A stretch of DNA of 64,000 nt from Malacoraja senta (lineage: Eukaryota): positions 992,001 to 1,056,000 of the forward strand of contig CM075992.1 of NCBI GenBank assembly GCA_038087875.1, read 5' to 3'. The position numbers and the translations under genes were made by a program. Position 1 is the stretch's first letter. Each line of letters begins with the position of its first letter. The notes under the pieces are model-generated. The model saw only the letters and a program-made list of their open reading frames with translations. It was not told the origin of the DNA and made no database searches. Of this stretch, positions 36,115 to 48,803 are shown one piece after another.

Positions 36115-39100
36115 GATTTTAAAAAACAGATCCGTAAGATTCTTCTTGCTTTTCCTCGTGTCATCAACATTCACAGCAGAGAGAAAAGGAGCTAATTTTA
36201 ACAGCAAGACTCAACCAACATCCTGGCTTCACTCAGCAAATGCAACTAACGCACAGGCTGGCCAAGCAGTCTGCAGTAAGCCGCACACCTTCCTGATCAT
36301 GCACATTAAAGAGCAGCAGCCCACAGCAGCCCTGATACTGATACATACTGCTTCCAGCTGGTTACTTAAAGACAGACAGACAGCAAGAACAACAAAAAAA
36401 GTTTCTTCTGGCTTCAGGCCAACGATGTGATAGATTTAGGCAAATTGTTCACAGTAAACCTTTGGAAATTCAGGCAGAACATGTTCAGAGCAATGCTTCT
36501 ACCACCTGCTTTGCGCGCTTATCAAAGCAACTGTGAGGCTACAGACAGCAAAGCTTGTAATATGAGTTGGAAGACACACTTTGCAGAGATTACCAAACAT
36601 GTCAATCACATTTGGTACACACCTTTCAAACATATTTATTCATACTTTTAAGTATCAATTGCCACCAACAATCCCTCCCCTCTCCAAACACCCACCACAA
36701 TCAGTACTTCAGTTCAATAACCCAAAAGGTTAAGTGGCAGTGCAGTATAGTAAACTGGCAAGAAGACAGAGGAAAATACTTGGGAGCTTGTATCGCTGAA
36801 AACAAGCAAACAATGACGAGACCAACTTTCTCAGTACCAGCAGCTGTTGAATTCCATCATGAAACAAGACCATTTTGAGATTATTTGCTACTTCTCTGAC
36901 ATATGTAATGAACCAGCAGTCACAAGAACAAGAGCCACTTATCATCACTCATAGGTAGAAATAAAATTCATAAAAGCAATGATAATGAGGATGACTAATT
37001 TCTAATTTTGCACAAAGGAATCTATTTTGGGGTGGTAGTGTAGTTGTGGTGTGATAAGCACTAGACAATCTTTTTTTGTGTGGATTACCTGCCCTTTGTT
37101 CTACATGAACACAGACCTTCTAACCCCGATGGAGGACAATTGAGAGTAAACCAGACCAGGGAGGGGATGTAGAGGGGGATAGGGATTAGTAACAAGTCTT
37201 ATCATAAAGTGGAGCAAGGGAAAACAAGCAGAGCAGAAACACAAACAGAATGCAGGGGGAAATAATAATTCACTAAATTTTATTTGTGCCTATCCCCAAT
37301 ATTTTGGAACACAACTTTTCGATTAGAAAGAAAAAGACACAAGGTGTTGGAGTAATCCACGGGTCAGCAATCATATCTGGAGAACATGGATAAGAGACGT
37401 TGCATGTTGGGACCCTTCTGCTGACTGATGGTGCAGTGCAGTTGAGGGGAGGGGTGGGTTGGAGGAAAGAAAGCTGGAAGAGAGGAGCGGCAGGACATCT
37501 TGTTTATTCATTTTTCAGAATCTGGTCCAGGTCCGCAGTTATTACTAATCCTTAATGGTACTTACAAGGATGGTGGTTGGCTGTCTTCTTGGACAGCTAC
37601 AATCCTGCAGGTGAAGTTGCTCCCAGGGGGTGATTGGGGAGTTGTTGGGCAGAGTTTCAGGATGTAGACCCAGCATCAATAAAAAATGTTTACAATTCCA
37701 AGCCAGGACGGTGTGTAACCTGCCAGCCGGTGGTGGTGTTCCCATGCATCTGCTGCCCTTGTCCCTTGTGCACAGGTTTAAAGAATTGCTGTAGGAATAT
37801 CTTGACGGATAATGCATGCAGTCATGTGATTATTTTTTAGCATAAATGCTGAGACTGCTGAGGAACACAGGCACCTCCATTTATATCTGTCTGCAATCAT
37901 GCCATTTTAGAGATGGTGAGAAAAGATGGTGTTCATATAAAAAGAAAAACATTCACAGCACATAAGGGCCAACGCAGAACAGCTCAGCGCAGGAACTGGC
38001 CCTGCAGCCCACAGTGTCAGTAACATGAATATTTCTCATAATAAGGGAGAAAGAAATAACTGGGGGGAAATTATGAAGACACTCAGTTAGAGACAAAAGA
38101 GACTGCACCCAGAGGAAGGATCTCCATCTGAAACATTGACTGTCCATTTCCTTCCAAGGATGCTACCTGGCCTGTCAATTTAGTCTAGCCGGGTTTTTTT
38201 TGTTGTTGTAAGGAGTCAGATATTTGAAATCTAATTTAATTACCCTGTATCTTTCATTCTCAGTTATTATGACAGAAAATGGACATTTGTCGATGTGGTC
38301 CATGCTGGCTTCTCTGATGGTCCCATTTCCCGTTTATATCCAAGTCAGGAGAGTCAAGAGTGTTTTATTGTCATATGTCCCAGATACAACAATTAAATTG
38401 TTACTTGCAGCAACACAACAGAATAGGTCACTCCCCCAAATGATTCTCTCTCACATATGCACATCAGCGCATTGATTAATTTACCACTTTACTACAAAAA
38501 GGGGAATTTACAACAAGCAGTTAACCTTCTAGCATTTCTTTGGGATGCAAAATAAAACCAGTTGGAAACACATAGTCACAGGGGGAATGTGCAAACTCCA
38601 TAGAAACAGCAGCAGATATCAGGAATGAATGTGGGTCTCTGGAGCTGAGAGACGGCAGCACTAACTGCTGTGGAGTTGTTCCACCCTTATTTTTTTTAAT
38701 ACTTTTTTTTTTTAAGTAAATATTTTCTAGAAAAAAAAGGACAATAAAAAAGATTAAAAGTTCCACGAGTTCATATTTTTTGCTGTTGCCTGCTTTCAGT
38801 ACTGGTGCTTTAAAAAAATCCCACCAAGAAAGTGTTCATATTATTCACAAGAAATAGGATGTTGGAAAGGAATTATCCAAAATTAACAAAGAGCCATTTC
38901 TTAGTTTTCCTCATCAGGGTAATTATAAATATGTTTATCCCATCCAAAAGAGAATCAAGTATTTTATTGTCATATGTACCAAAGCGGGACAATGACATTC
39001 TTACTTGGAGCAGCACAATGGGTTTGTAAACACAATACTCAATTGATAATATAATAACGTTAATAAATATAATGACGACAATTTAAAAGATCAATACATT

Positions 39101-41067
39101 TAAAAACCCATTATGGTGCAAAAACAAGACGAAGTTCCTAATGCAACCAAAGTTCAGATGTTTAGTTGGAGTTTGCAGTGTTCAATTGGTGCATGGTTGT
39201 TGGGAAGAAGCTGTTGCTGAACCTGGACGTTACAGATTTCAGTGAATTTAAAGATGGAGTTGGAGCTGTGACCGGGTACAAAATTAAGGGTGGATGCCTC
39301 GAATGTAATCATATATTGTCTTTCCGCTGGCTGGTTAGCACGCAACAAAAGCTTTTGCTGTACCTCGGTACACATGACAATAAACTAAACCAAACTAAAC
39401 TGATGGGTATAGGATTAGTAGAGCAGGGGGCTGAGCACATAGCCTTGAGATGCCCCTTGCGATGATTGTTATCGATGAGGAAGTGTTGCTACTAATTCCT
39501 ACTGATTGTGTTCTATTGACGAAGAATCTATGCAAGGGTTTTAATTTCAGAAACATGTTTAGAAACAGATAGAGAAAAAAATTATCGCCACCTAATGTGG
39601 AACTTGAAAAAAAATTGTCAGCTAAGAGCTGCAAGAATATGAGCTGTCAATTCACGCTGAATATTGTTTCAACTTCATTTAATGTGAACACATGGCAGTA
39701 AATTAAAAAAAAAAGGATCACAATCCATTCCTCATGGTAACTTTGGCACTGAAATAAGGATAACAATTTGCTCCTCACTGGCCTCCCACACATTGCATTG
39801 GTTATTTTTACTCAAAAATTGGTTGTTGAAATTTTTCTGAACATTATTGTAGTATTGGAGATTGGCTACATTAACAATCCAGCAATGTTCCTAAATAAGG
39901 GCTATAAGGAATTATAGCCATGGAGGAGAAAAAGCATCAAAGGACTCGATGATTCTGCCATAAAATTAAGGGATGTACCGTGTCAGAGGCAGAGTGGAAA
40001 GGCTCACCAGACAGGGTCACCTCACAGGCAAGCTGGTTGGGCCTGTGTTCATTGGGGATTTGAAGGACAAGAGAATGGTCTTACTGAAACACAGAATATT
40101 CTGTGGGGAGATGAGGTATTATAGAGGAAGGGAGTTTTCAGTTTTACTCTGCCATCCATACACTTGAACACATCCATAACTCTCCTGGCCAATTTTAACT
40201 GAAAGCAAATTACATTCACACATCACCCACTGACCTGCTTGAGTTATCCGTACTGACCTGCATTGACTCCTATGCCAACATCACTCTCAATTATTTTAAT
40301 TCTCATTTTGCTATAACAACACTTAAAATACATTTGGACGGGTACATGGATAGGAAAGGGATATGGGTCAAATGCAGGCAGGTGGGACTAATGTAGGTGT
40401 GAGACATCTTAGTTGGCATGGGCAAGTTGTGCCAAGGGCCTGTTTCCATGCTGTACGACTCTCAGTCTTTTTATGGCCCTCTTGTCCCTTAATATTATTA
40501 TTCTGCCATACCTGGTAGACCTGGCTGGTGGGTTGCTTGAACAATGTACACTGCTTCCAGTAAGTGGTCAAGTGGTAAATCTTGGAGGAGTTGATGGGAA
40601 TGTGGGGAGAATATAAAATGGGATTAATGTAGAATTATTGTAAATAGTTGCTTCATGTTAGTGCCCTCTGGTGTTCCTCGACATCTGGCCTTTTGTACAA
40701 TGCCTATTTCCATTACCCGATCACTGGAGCGCATGTCTTCAACGTCCAAGGCAATAAAACCTGTGATTCCCTCCATTAACCACTCCAGCCCATCATCCGT
40801 TAATATATACTTCTAAATATCTCTAGGTTGTTGTATATGAGCCTTTGTTTAATAATGCCTCCATGGGATGGCTCACTAAATTAAAAATGTGCTCTGCAAG
40901 CAAAACAAACTGATAGTACTGTTGTGTCAGCTAGACATGGAAGACATGGGTACTGATTGTGGGTGATCAGCCATGATAATATTGAATGGCAATGCTGGCT
41001 CGAAGCTGCTACTCCTGCACCTATTCTCTATGTATCTATGTATCTATGTATAAGAAAGGCAACACAC

Positions 41068-41191
41068 CTGTCATACTTGAAATGAAACCAGGAATGTTTT
41101 TGACCTACACTGAAATGCAAAGGTACGCAAGAATTCCTGTATGTGTCCAATTTTGACTTCATAGAGAAATCTCTTCTGAATTCTGCATCTC
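41068..41191 (-). other. Candidate 124-nt exon ending ATG ACA G|gt (possible short 'MT-V' PKA start, or a non-coding exon)
   Basis: Non-repeat sequence bounded by gtgttgtttcag|G and CAG|gtgtgt. The terminal ATG has A at -3, an in-frame upstream stop, and a phase-1 end compatible with PRKACA exon 2. Confidence 0.3.
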
Positions 41192-41388
41192 CTGAAACAA
41201 CACATCAATGTAGTCACCAAATTATTCCATCTCATACAACGCAAGGGAAGAAGTTCATGAGAAATTCAAATTTGGTCTAAGGAGGAACCAAAAGCAGAAT
41301 CCTCCATATGCTGCTTAGTCAGAAATAGAAGCAGTAGTACTTGAAATCTTCAAAGATAAGACCGCATCCAACAATAGAACGAAAAAAT

Positions 41389-41488
41389 CAGTCTGAAGAA
41401 GTGTTTCGGCCCGAAACGTTGCCTATTTCCTTCGTTCCATAGATGCTGCTGCACCCGCTGAGTTTCTCCAGCACTTTTGTCTACCGTC
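41389..41488 (+). mobile_element. Penelope-derived terminal fragment with hammerhead-like core
   Basis: Begins cagtctgaagaagtgtttcggcccgaaacgttgcc. Flanked by a ~14-bp TSD tagaac(g/a)aaaaaat. Confidence 0.7.
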
Positions 41489-44400
41489 TAGAACAAAAAA
41501 ATTGGTGTCTTAAGATACAGATCCATAAGTTTGCCCGAGCTGCTTATTCACACTTAAAGTGGACTTGTGCGTTCCACGTTTTAAAAAGCTCTTAAAAGAG
41601 AAAGATTGCAAATGTTCCACATTCCCATTTAAATAATGATGCGGTCAGGCTTCCTTGTGTAACAGCATAGTGGATTTAATTCCATTTCTTGCAGCTGTGA
41701 ACAAATGTACGTCCTTAAAGACACAGGCACACAACAGCAGCAATGCACTTCCTGTAGCTGACGAATGGTGTTTACATGTGGATGGTTGCAGCAGTCTATT
41801 CCTGAAGGCATGCTCTCAGGTTTACTGACACAGATCTTGAGAGGCTGATGGATCATATTACCCACTGGATAGATGACCTCTGTTCCAGGCCAACCTGCAG
41901 GAGACAGCCAACGACATTTCGCAGGAGCAACAATGCCCGTATTGGTGACAACTGCTGACAAAGTGTGATCTAACAGACGATAAAGGTGAACCTTCACAAG
42001 ATTTCTTCATTACACTCACACCCAGCTTAATGCTATCCTGCAGAGGGCCGATTCGTTGTAGCTCTCTTCATTTTCCAGTCCGAATACTAACTGGCATTCC
42101 AGTCCGAATACTCACTGTACCTCTCTGGCTCTGCTGAAAATCTGGCCCGCACCCTTATTCTCTCTATTGCTATGCAATATTGTGCCAGGAACCTGGCACA
42201 AATCCTTGCCACCCACTTGGGCTCTGGCAACTGTACATCATCCACGGCTCAATACAGTATGAGGGCAACAGTTTAGGTGGGCCAGGGCATGCGATGAGGG
42301 CACTCAGATGCTCACAGTTGCACCTTGGCCAGTACGGCGAGTACAGGCCACTGCAGGGAACTGGCAGTACCTGCTCCATGTCTTGACACACTGCTCAGCT
42401 CACTCCTCTCTTTGGCTGCAGAAGGCTTAAGTCAGCAACCACCATAGTTACCACAGCAATCTGTGCTGGAGGGAGCTGCAGCTAAATAAAGATGGGGAGT
42501 CAGCAGGTTCCAGCACATGCATTAGGGGCTGATGACAGAGACATGGGCAGACATGCCCGGGGTGCTAGAGCAGATGAGTTTGTCTAAGATTGTTGAGAAA
42601 GATCGAATTATATCTTAGGACCATCTCACTCATCAGTATAGGTGCCCTACCGGAAAGCATGGACTACAACAATAACCTGGAGGGTTCATTTCCAATTAAG
42701 CTCAATTAATGAATCTTTCACACATCAGTAAGCTAGCCAGGTGCAGTCAATAGCCTGTAGCACAGATATCATGAAGTTGCACTTGGACATGCACTCCAAA
42801 GAGCCATAAAGGGTTCTGCATTGCAGCAAGTACACTTATCAGTGCATCCATAACAACCCAACACATCATGTCAAGGGGACATCAGCACACCAATATATAC
42901 ATATAATCCAAAAGAAACATGTTTAGCAGATTTGATTGTCATGCAGTAATCAGGCTGCATAAGGCTTCTTCATTGAGAACACTTAAGCAATGCAAGATCA
43001 CAGATCTGTGATCAAAGCTCGTCATCTTCATCTTCGAGAGCCAAGGCTCCACGGAAAACCTTTCATCCTGCCAAACATGTCCAGTTGTGGCAGCCATTCC
43101 AAGGCGACAAGCTTCAGAACAAGGTCATTTCTCTGACACATTTAGCAAACCGTACCTTTATAAATATGCAGAGGTCATTATTTTCCAAAATTACCCCAAC
43201 AACAATAGTGTACTGAAAGCACTTACACTGTAGTTCTCAGGCATGTGAGGGAATGGGACATATTAGTAGCAATTCTGATATTTATGAACCCCTGAAAATA
43301 GGCCTACACAAAGAGATAGAAACCTTGTCAGAGATGCCAGCAATGGCTTCTTTAAAGAGCATTCCTTTGCATTTCACACCATTTCTTCCCTTCCCCTTCC
43401 ACCTACACTCCTTCCTCTGACTCCACAATGTGCACCTCTTCTAGTTTACTTTATCATACAGTGAAAGTCTAGATGGAGGGGCCACATGAGTGCCATGATC
43501 TGAAAACATTTGGGTAAACACTCAAAATGGTGGGAGTAGTTATCCAGGCCTCAGATTGACCCCATGAGATGAAGAGGCATGTAAAGGAAGACACTACATT
43601 CTCTCAGGGGCAAGAGTAGAGCCTCACTTCCACATCAGGCAACAGCAATTGCTGAGAGAGCAGGCATCCGCTTCCAGGAACCAGAGCCAGTCCTCCAAAG
43701 CTCTGATAACCCTAAGACAGCAGTAGGCCAAGCCATCAGCACCACCATCAAGGGCTAGTAGTCATTTTCAAGATCTATTTGCTGTCCTTGACAGGGTCGT
43801 AGAGGGTACAGTATGTCACGTAAACTTCACACACAAAGGACCTTGCCTCCTCTAAAACAGCTGGGTCCCAAGGGTTATGCATGCCAGTGCACCCATGCCT
43901 GGTCCCCCAGACTGTAGGTCAATTATTCACTTGGCAGTCAAGCAGCCATCAAGAACACAGCTCTCAGCCTGAAGAAGGGTCTTGACCTGAAATATCACCT
44001 ACTCCTTTTCTCCAGAGATGTTGTCTGACCCACTGAGTTACTCCAGTGCTTTGTGTCTATCATCAAGGACAAGCTGATTGAAGAATCCTAAGAGGGTAGT
44101 TTTCCAGTGGTCAGATGTCAGCTATAGTTGTGAACTTTCTAAACACCTGCAATCTAACATTTTGTTCCATTAATGTTTGTTGTTCATCCATTTGTGCTCA
44201 TGATGCTGAAGCCATTTAACTTAACTGACTGCATGCTGTACATCAATCCTGTTCTCTACCCTTCCTTATCAAACCAGCCACATGCATTAGGCTCTTGGTG
44301 TAGCTGTTACTTCAAAGTACAGGATGTGTCCTTATGAATGGATGCACCATGTGCATCATCAGTGTAACGTTTCATTCTTGTCTAATGTTGGTCCATTTTC

Positions 44401-44864
44401 TTTGTTACTACACCATGGAGCACAGCACATTGGTGCATCAGGTATTGCTAATGCCTCGCAGCTCCAGCAACCCAAGTTTAATCCTGACTTCCAATGTTGT
44501 TTGTGTGGAGTTTGCACGATCCCCTGTGGCCACGTGGGTTTCTTCTTAGATCCCAAAGATTTGCTGGCTGGTAGGTTAACTGATTACTGAAAATTACATC
44601 TGGCGCAAGTTGGTGGTAGAAGATTTAGGGTGACGGCCATGTGAGAGGGTAACAGCAGTTAATCGCCTTGGCATATCTTATTGTCGCATGTTAAGATTTC
44701 AGTACAGTGAAATGCCTTGTTTTGCATGCTATCCAAACAGTTCAGATAAACCATGCATACAGTAGATACAATCAGTTCAAACTCAAGTACAATAGATGAA
44801 CAAAAGGGAAGATACAGAGTGTAGAATATAGTACTCAGCATTGTAGTGCATCAGTTCCCTAAGA

Positions 44865-44918
44865 GGGCTGGGAGATTGCAACCTTCACGTGGTCCACCCT
44901 GTTTCAACTAATGCAATC
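44865..44918 (+). ncRNA. Minimal HDV/CPEB3-like self-cleaving ribozyme motif, copy 2
   Basis: P1 GGGCTGG/CCACCCT (G1.U wobble, one mismatch), P2 GATTGCA/TGCAATC, P3 ACC/GGT, L3 TTCACGT, J4/2 CTAA. G1 is the first base after the TSD. Confidence 0.7.
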
Positions 44919-44998
44919 AACCTGGCGTGCACAAACAGAAGATCAAACAGAACAAGTTGTCTCACAACTTTAGGCTGTGCACGCCATACGCAAGAATA
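44865..44998 (+). mobile_element. ~135-bp non-autonomous retroelement (ribozyme-headed SINE-like), copy 2
   Basis: Perfect 12-bp TSD agttccctaaga (44853-44864, 44999-45010). 3' stem GGCGTGCACA...TGTGCACGCC and an AAG-type tail. Confidence 0.85.
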
Positions 44999-47900
44999 AG
45001 TTCCCTAAGACAAAGTTCAATGTCCTCAATGGAGTAGAGATTAATCAAACAGTATCCTAGTTTATGGAAAGACCATTCAGAAACCTGATAACAGAGGGGA
45101 AGAATGGTTAGGAATGTTGGAAATAACCAGTTCACGTGGGGGGAATCCATGCAATCACAATGAGAACATGCAAACTACACAAAGACAGCACCAGCGGTCA
45201 GGATCGAACTCGGGTTACAGCAGCTGCAACATTGCAGCATTAACTGTTGAACCGCTCTGCCACCTATTTCTCATCATCTCATGCTACTGTTCAAAGAGGA
45301 AGTCATTGAGCCTAATTAGGGCAATCTAGGATGACACAAAATATGGTTAGCTGGAGTTCGCAGATTACTTTGAGGAGTAAGGCAGCCTGTTATTATCAGG
45401 ATCCCTCGAGGCATACTGATTTAATGCTGACAACAATAATAAACTTGTACAGATGGTTCAAAGCCTTATAATAGTAACTCAAAATGAAGGCAGGTTTTCC
45501 TCTAAAATTCTGCAGCAATAGTGTGATGCCTTGAAACTATGATCCTCTAAGGAGAGGCCAGTGATCCTAGATGCCTTTGAAAATGTTCAGTTGATCTCAA
45601 TGTTACAATAAGACTGCAAAATGTCAAACAGCGGGACAGCAGTCTATGCTTCATGCCATGTTGCTTAAGAAATGCCACTCAAAGATCACAGAAGGGTTCA
45701 CACAGATTTCTCTCTTAAAGTCAATGGTTACACAAATCCACAGCAACTTCACGGGAACTGTAGGAGTTGAGAATGGCAGTCTAAACATATGACATTAGAT
45801 CTATAATTGTAAATTACCATGACAAAATGTGCTATAGTGTTAGAGAGCTGGCTAACACTATACAACATGAACAAGATATAATGTGCAGCTACTGTCCATT
45901 TATTCCATTGAATACAGAGACCAAAGTCAGAAGGCCACTGACAGAATAGCCCACTATTCTATATTGTTTTTCTGATTCTAAACATACATCAGTGTATTTG
46001 ATTGTACATGGGTTAATGGGGTATTTAGTGAGTACAAAGTTTGCAAATGGGACGAGCTGCTTGCCACAAGGGCATTCAACCTCCACGATAAATTCATGAT
46101 TGCAATAGGCGTTAGATTTGAAAAGTGACGGCGGTATGTGGACAATAGGGCATAATTTTCACATTCCCCCCTCCCAAGGGCTCACAACAATGACAAGTTG
46201 AATTTGTTCAACTACGTCTTTGTTTCTGGGTAAGCTCTAGTGAAATGTCTCACCGAAACCGAGAACTGGATTGGAACTTCAGCCTTTACAATTATGGATC
46301 CAATGTCATACGTTTATGGGTGACAGGGCCTAACCCATGCTGCTAGCTTTCTTGAAAATCATTATTAGTTGTGGTGTGGCTGTGTTGTAAAGCTGTAGCT
46401 ATTGACTACATCATACTAAATACTGCTCCCACAATATTATATTAGTGTAACCTGGAAAAGATTCCAGAAGGAATTAGTATTGGTTTATTTTGGTCACATG
46501 AACTGAGATACTGTCAAATTGTGAGTCTGAAGAAAGGTCTCGACCCGAAACATCACCTGTTCTTTTTCTTCAGAGATGCTGTCTGTCCCGCTGAGTTACT
46601 CCAACTTTTTGTGTCTATCTTTAGTCTAAAACTTTTTTTGCACGCTATCCAGTCAACTCAACCTTAGCTTATGAGAGTTCTGTTCAACAGTCTGATGACA
46701 GTGAGGAAGAAGCTGTTCCTGAATCTGGTGGTAGCTACTTTCAAGCTTTTTTTATCTTCTGCCCAAATAAGTGAGGGGCGAAAAGGAATGATCGGAGTGC
46801 AAATGGTTCTTCATTATGTTGGCTGTTTTCCTGAGGCAGTGAAGTGTAGATGGAGTCAATGGGGGGTGGAGAAGGAGGATGCTTTCTGTGATGGACTGGA
46901 CTACATCCATAACTGCAATTACTTGCGCTCTTGGGTAGCGCTATTGCCAAATCAACCTGTGATGTATCCCAACAAGAATCATTGGGGCCACGCTAGACTT
47001 CCTTTGTCTTCTGAGGAAGTAGTACTTTCTTTGCTGTGGTAGGATCAGGATAAATTGTTGGTGATATTTATGCCAAGTAACGTGAAAAACACGTCCATCT
47101 GCAGATCAACACCATTGGGGCATGTACACCATTTACTTTCCTGAAATTAATAACTAGCTCCTTCATTTTGCTGACTTTAAGGAACAGGTTGTTGTCTTGA
47201 CACCAACCTGTTCCTTATCTCTATCTCCTTAATGTACTCCCATTTCGTCATTGTTTGAGATCTGGCCCACTATGGTGGTGTCGCCTGCAAATTTGTAAAT
47301 GGTGTTAAGAGCAGGATTGGCCACACAACTATGAGTGTGTGAGAGAGTACAGTAAGGGGCATATAATGCATCTTAGCAGGACACAGGTGTTGAGGGTTAT
47401 CGTTGAACATTTTTTGTGGCCTATCCTTACTGATTCTAGGCTATGGGTGAGGATTTCAGAGGGGTGTGCTAACTCAGAGGTCCAGGAGTTTGGAGTAAGT
47501 ACTGGAAAGACCAAATGTAATGGATTTTATGATAACCTTTGTAAGATCAAATGCTGTCTCACTGAACATGCAGAAAATCTGATGTAGGGCTTCTGTTGAT
47601 CTAGAGAGGACTGAAAATCTTCTCCCCTCATTCTTGCTCTTGCTGCATCTTTTCATGGCTGCCCAAGTGTGCATCTTCACCCTGTTGCTTTGCCTGCTTG
47701 TTCAGCCCTTGCTCCATCTTGGCCAGCAATAGACGAGTTTATATAATGGTCCAATTGTACAAGGATATCACAAAGTATGGCAGATTGTCCGTTTTGAGTA
47801 CTGTACTGCTCTGCCAAAGGCTGGGAAATTTCCATTTTGAACAATCCAGTTGGGTTTCTCCACCAACCAAATGGCAGTGGCTGTGATTGAGACATCACTC

Positions 47901-48704
47901 ATCTGGTGAGTTTGGGCTACAGCAGTGCATTTAGCCAGGGGAGTAGGGATTATCCTTGTTGTCCAAAATGCAGGTTTCAGGACAGGATGGCATCCAACAA
48001 AAGGCAGCTGCAATTGACTAAAATGTTTAGGTGAGCTTGCAACATTGCTGGGATTGGCCACACAGGGAACATGGTCCCATGCTGTTATTTAATTTGATGT
48101 AGTAAGATGCATTGACAATGGCTTAATAGAGCAAATCACCATGTTTGATCTTGTGGCATCTGAAAACCTAAAATGGCCCGAGACTGCCAATGATTACTGC
48201 AAGGTGGCAAGTAGCAAACAGTGATATACAGCATACATCAACAGCTGCATGCTGGAATGAGCCCAAGACATAGGGGAGTGAGAGTGACCTTGACTGCGAG
48301 AGCCATGCAAGCTTATACGTAATGATTTAGGTCAAATATAAATGAAGGCTAGCTCGTGGAAACACAGCCTCTGTGGAGATTACTTCTGAGAAGAGTGGAT
48401 TCCAATGAAGCCTAGGTGAACAGGAAATTGGGTACAGAGCCCTTATACACCTCGTGTGGCATGGTGTTCAATGCCACCAGGGAAGCACTTTAGGTCATCC
48501 GTAAAGAGATTAAGTCAACATGAGCAGGCACTGAAGGTCACTTTCAGTTTGGTCAGTCTATAGTGTGAGTAATGTGCATAGTAAGGGCCATGTAGGGCGC
48601 ACAGTCCTAAGATCATAGTGATAGGAGCAGAATTAGGCCTGGTTGCGAATGCTGCTTTAATACGATTGACATATATATATTATAAATGTTGTTTATAATA
48701 TCAC

Positions 48705-48803
48705 ATCAGTCTGAAGAAGGGTGACGACCCGAAACATCACCTATTCCTTCGCTCCATAGATGCTGCCTCACCCGCTGAGTTTCTCCAGCATTTTTGTCTA
48801 CCT
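48705..48803 (+). mobile_element. Penelope-derived terminal fragment
   Basis: catcagtctgaagaagggtgacgacccgaaacatcacc...tttttgtctacct. Boundaries are approximate. Confidence 0.7.
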
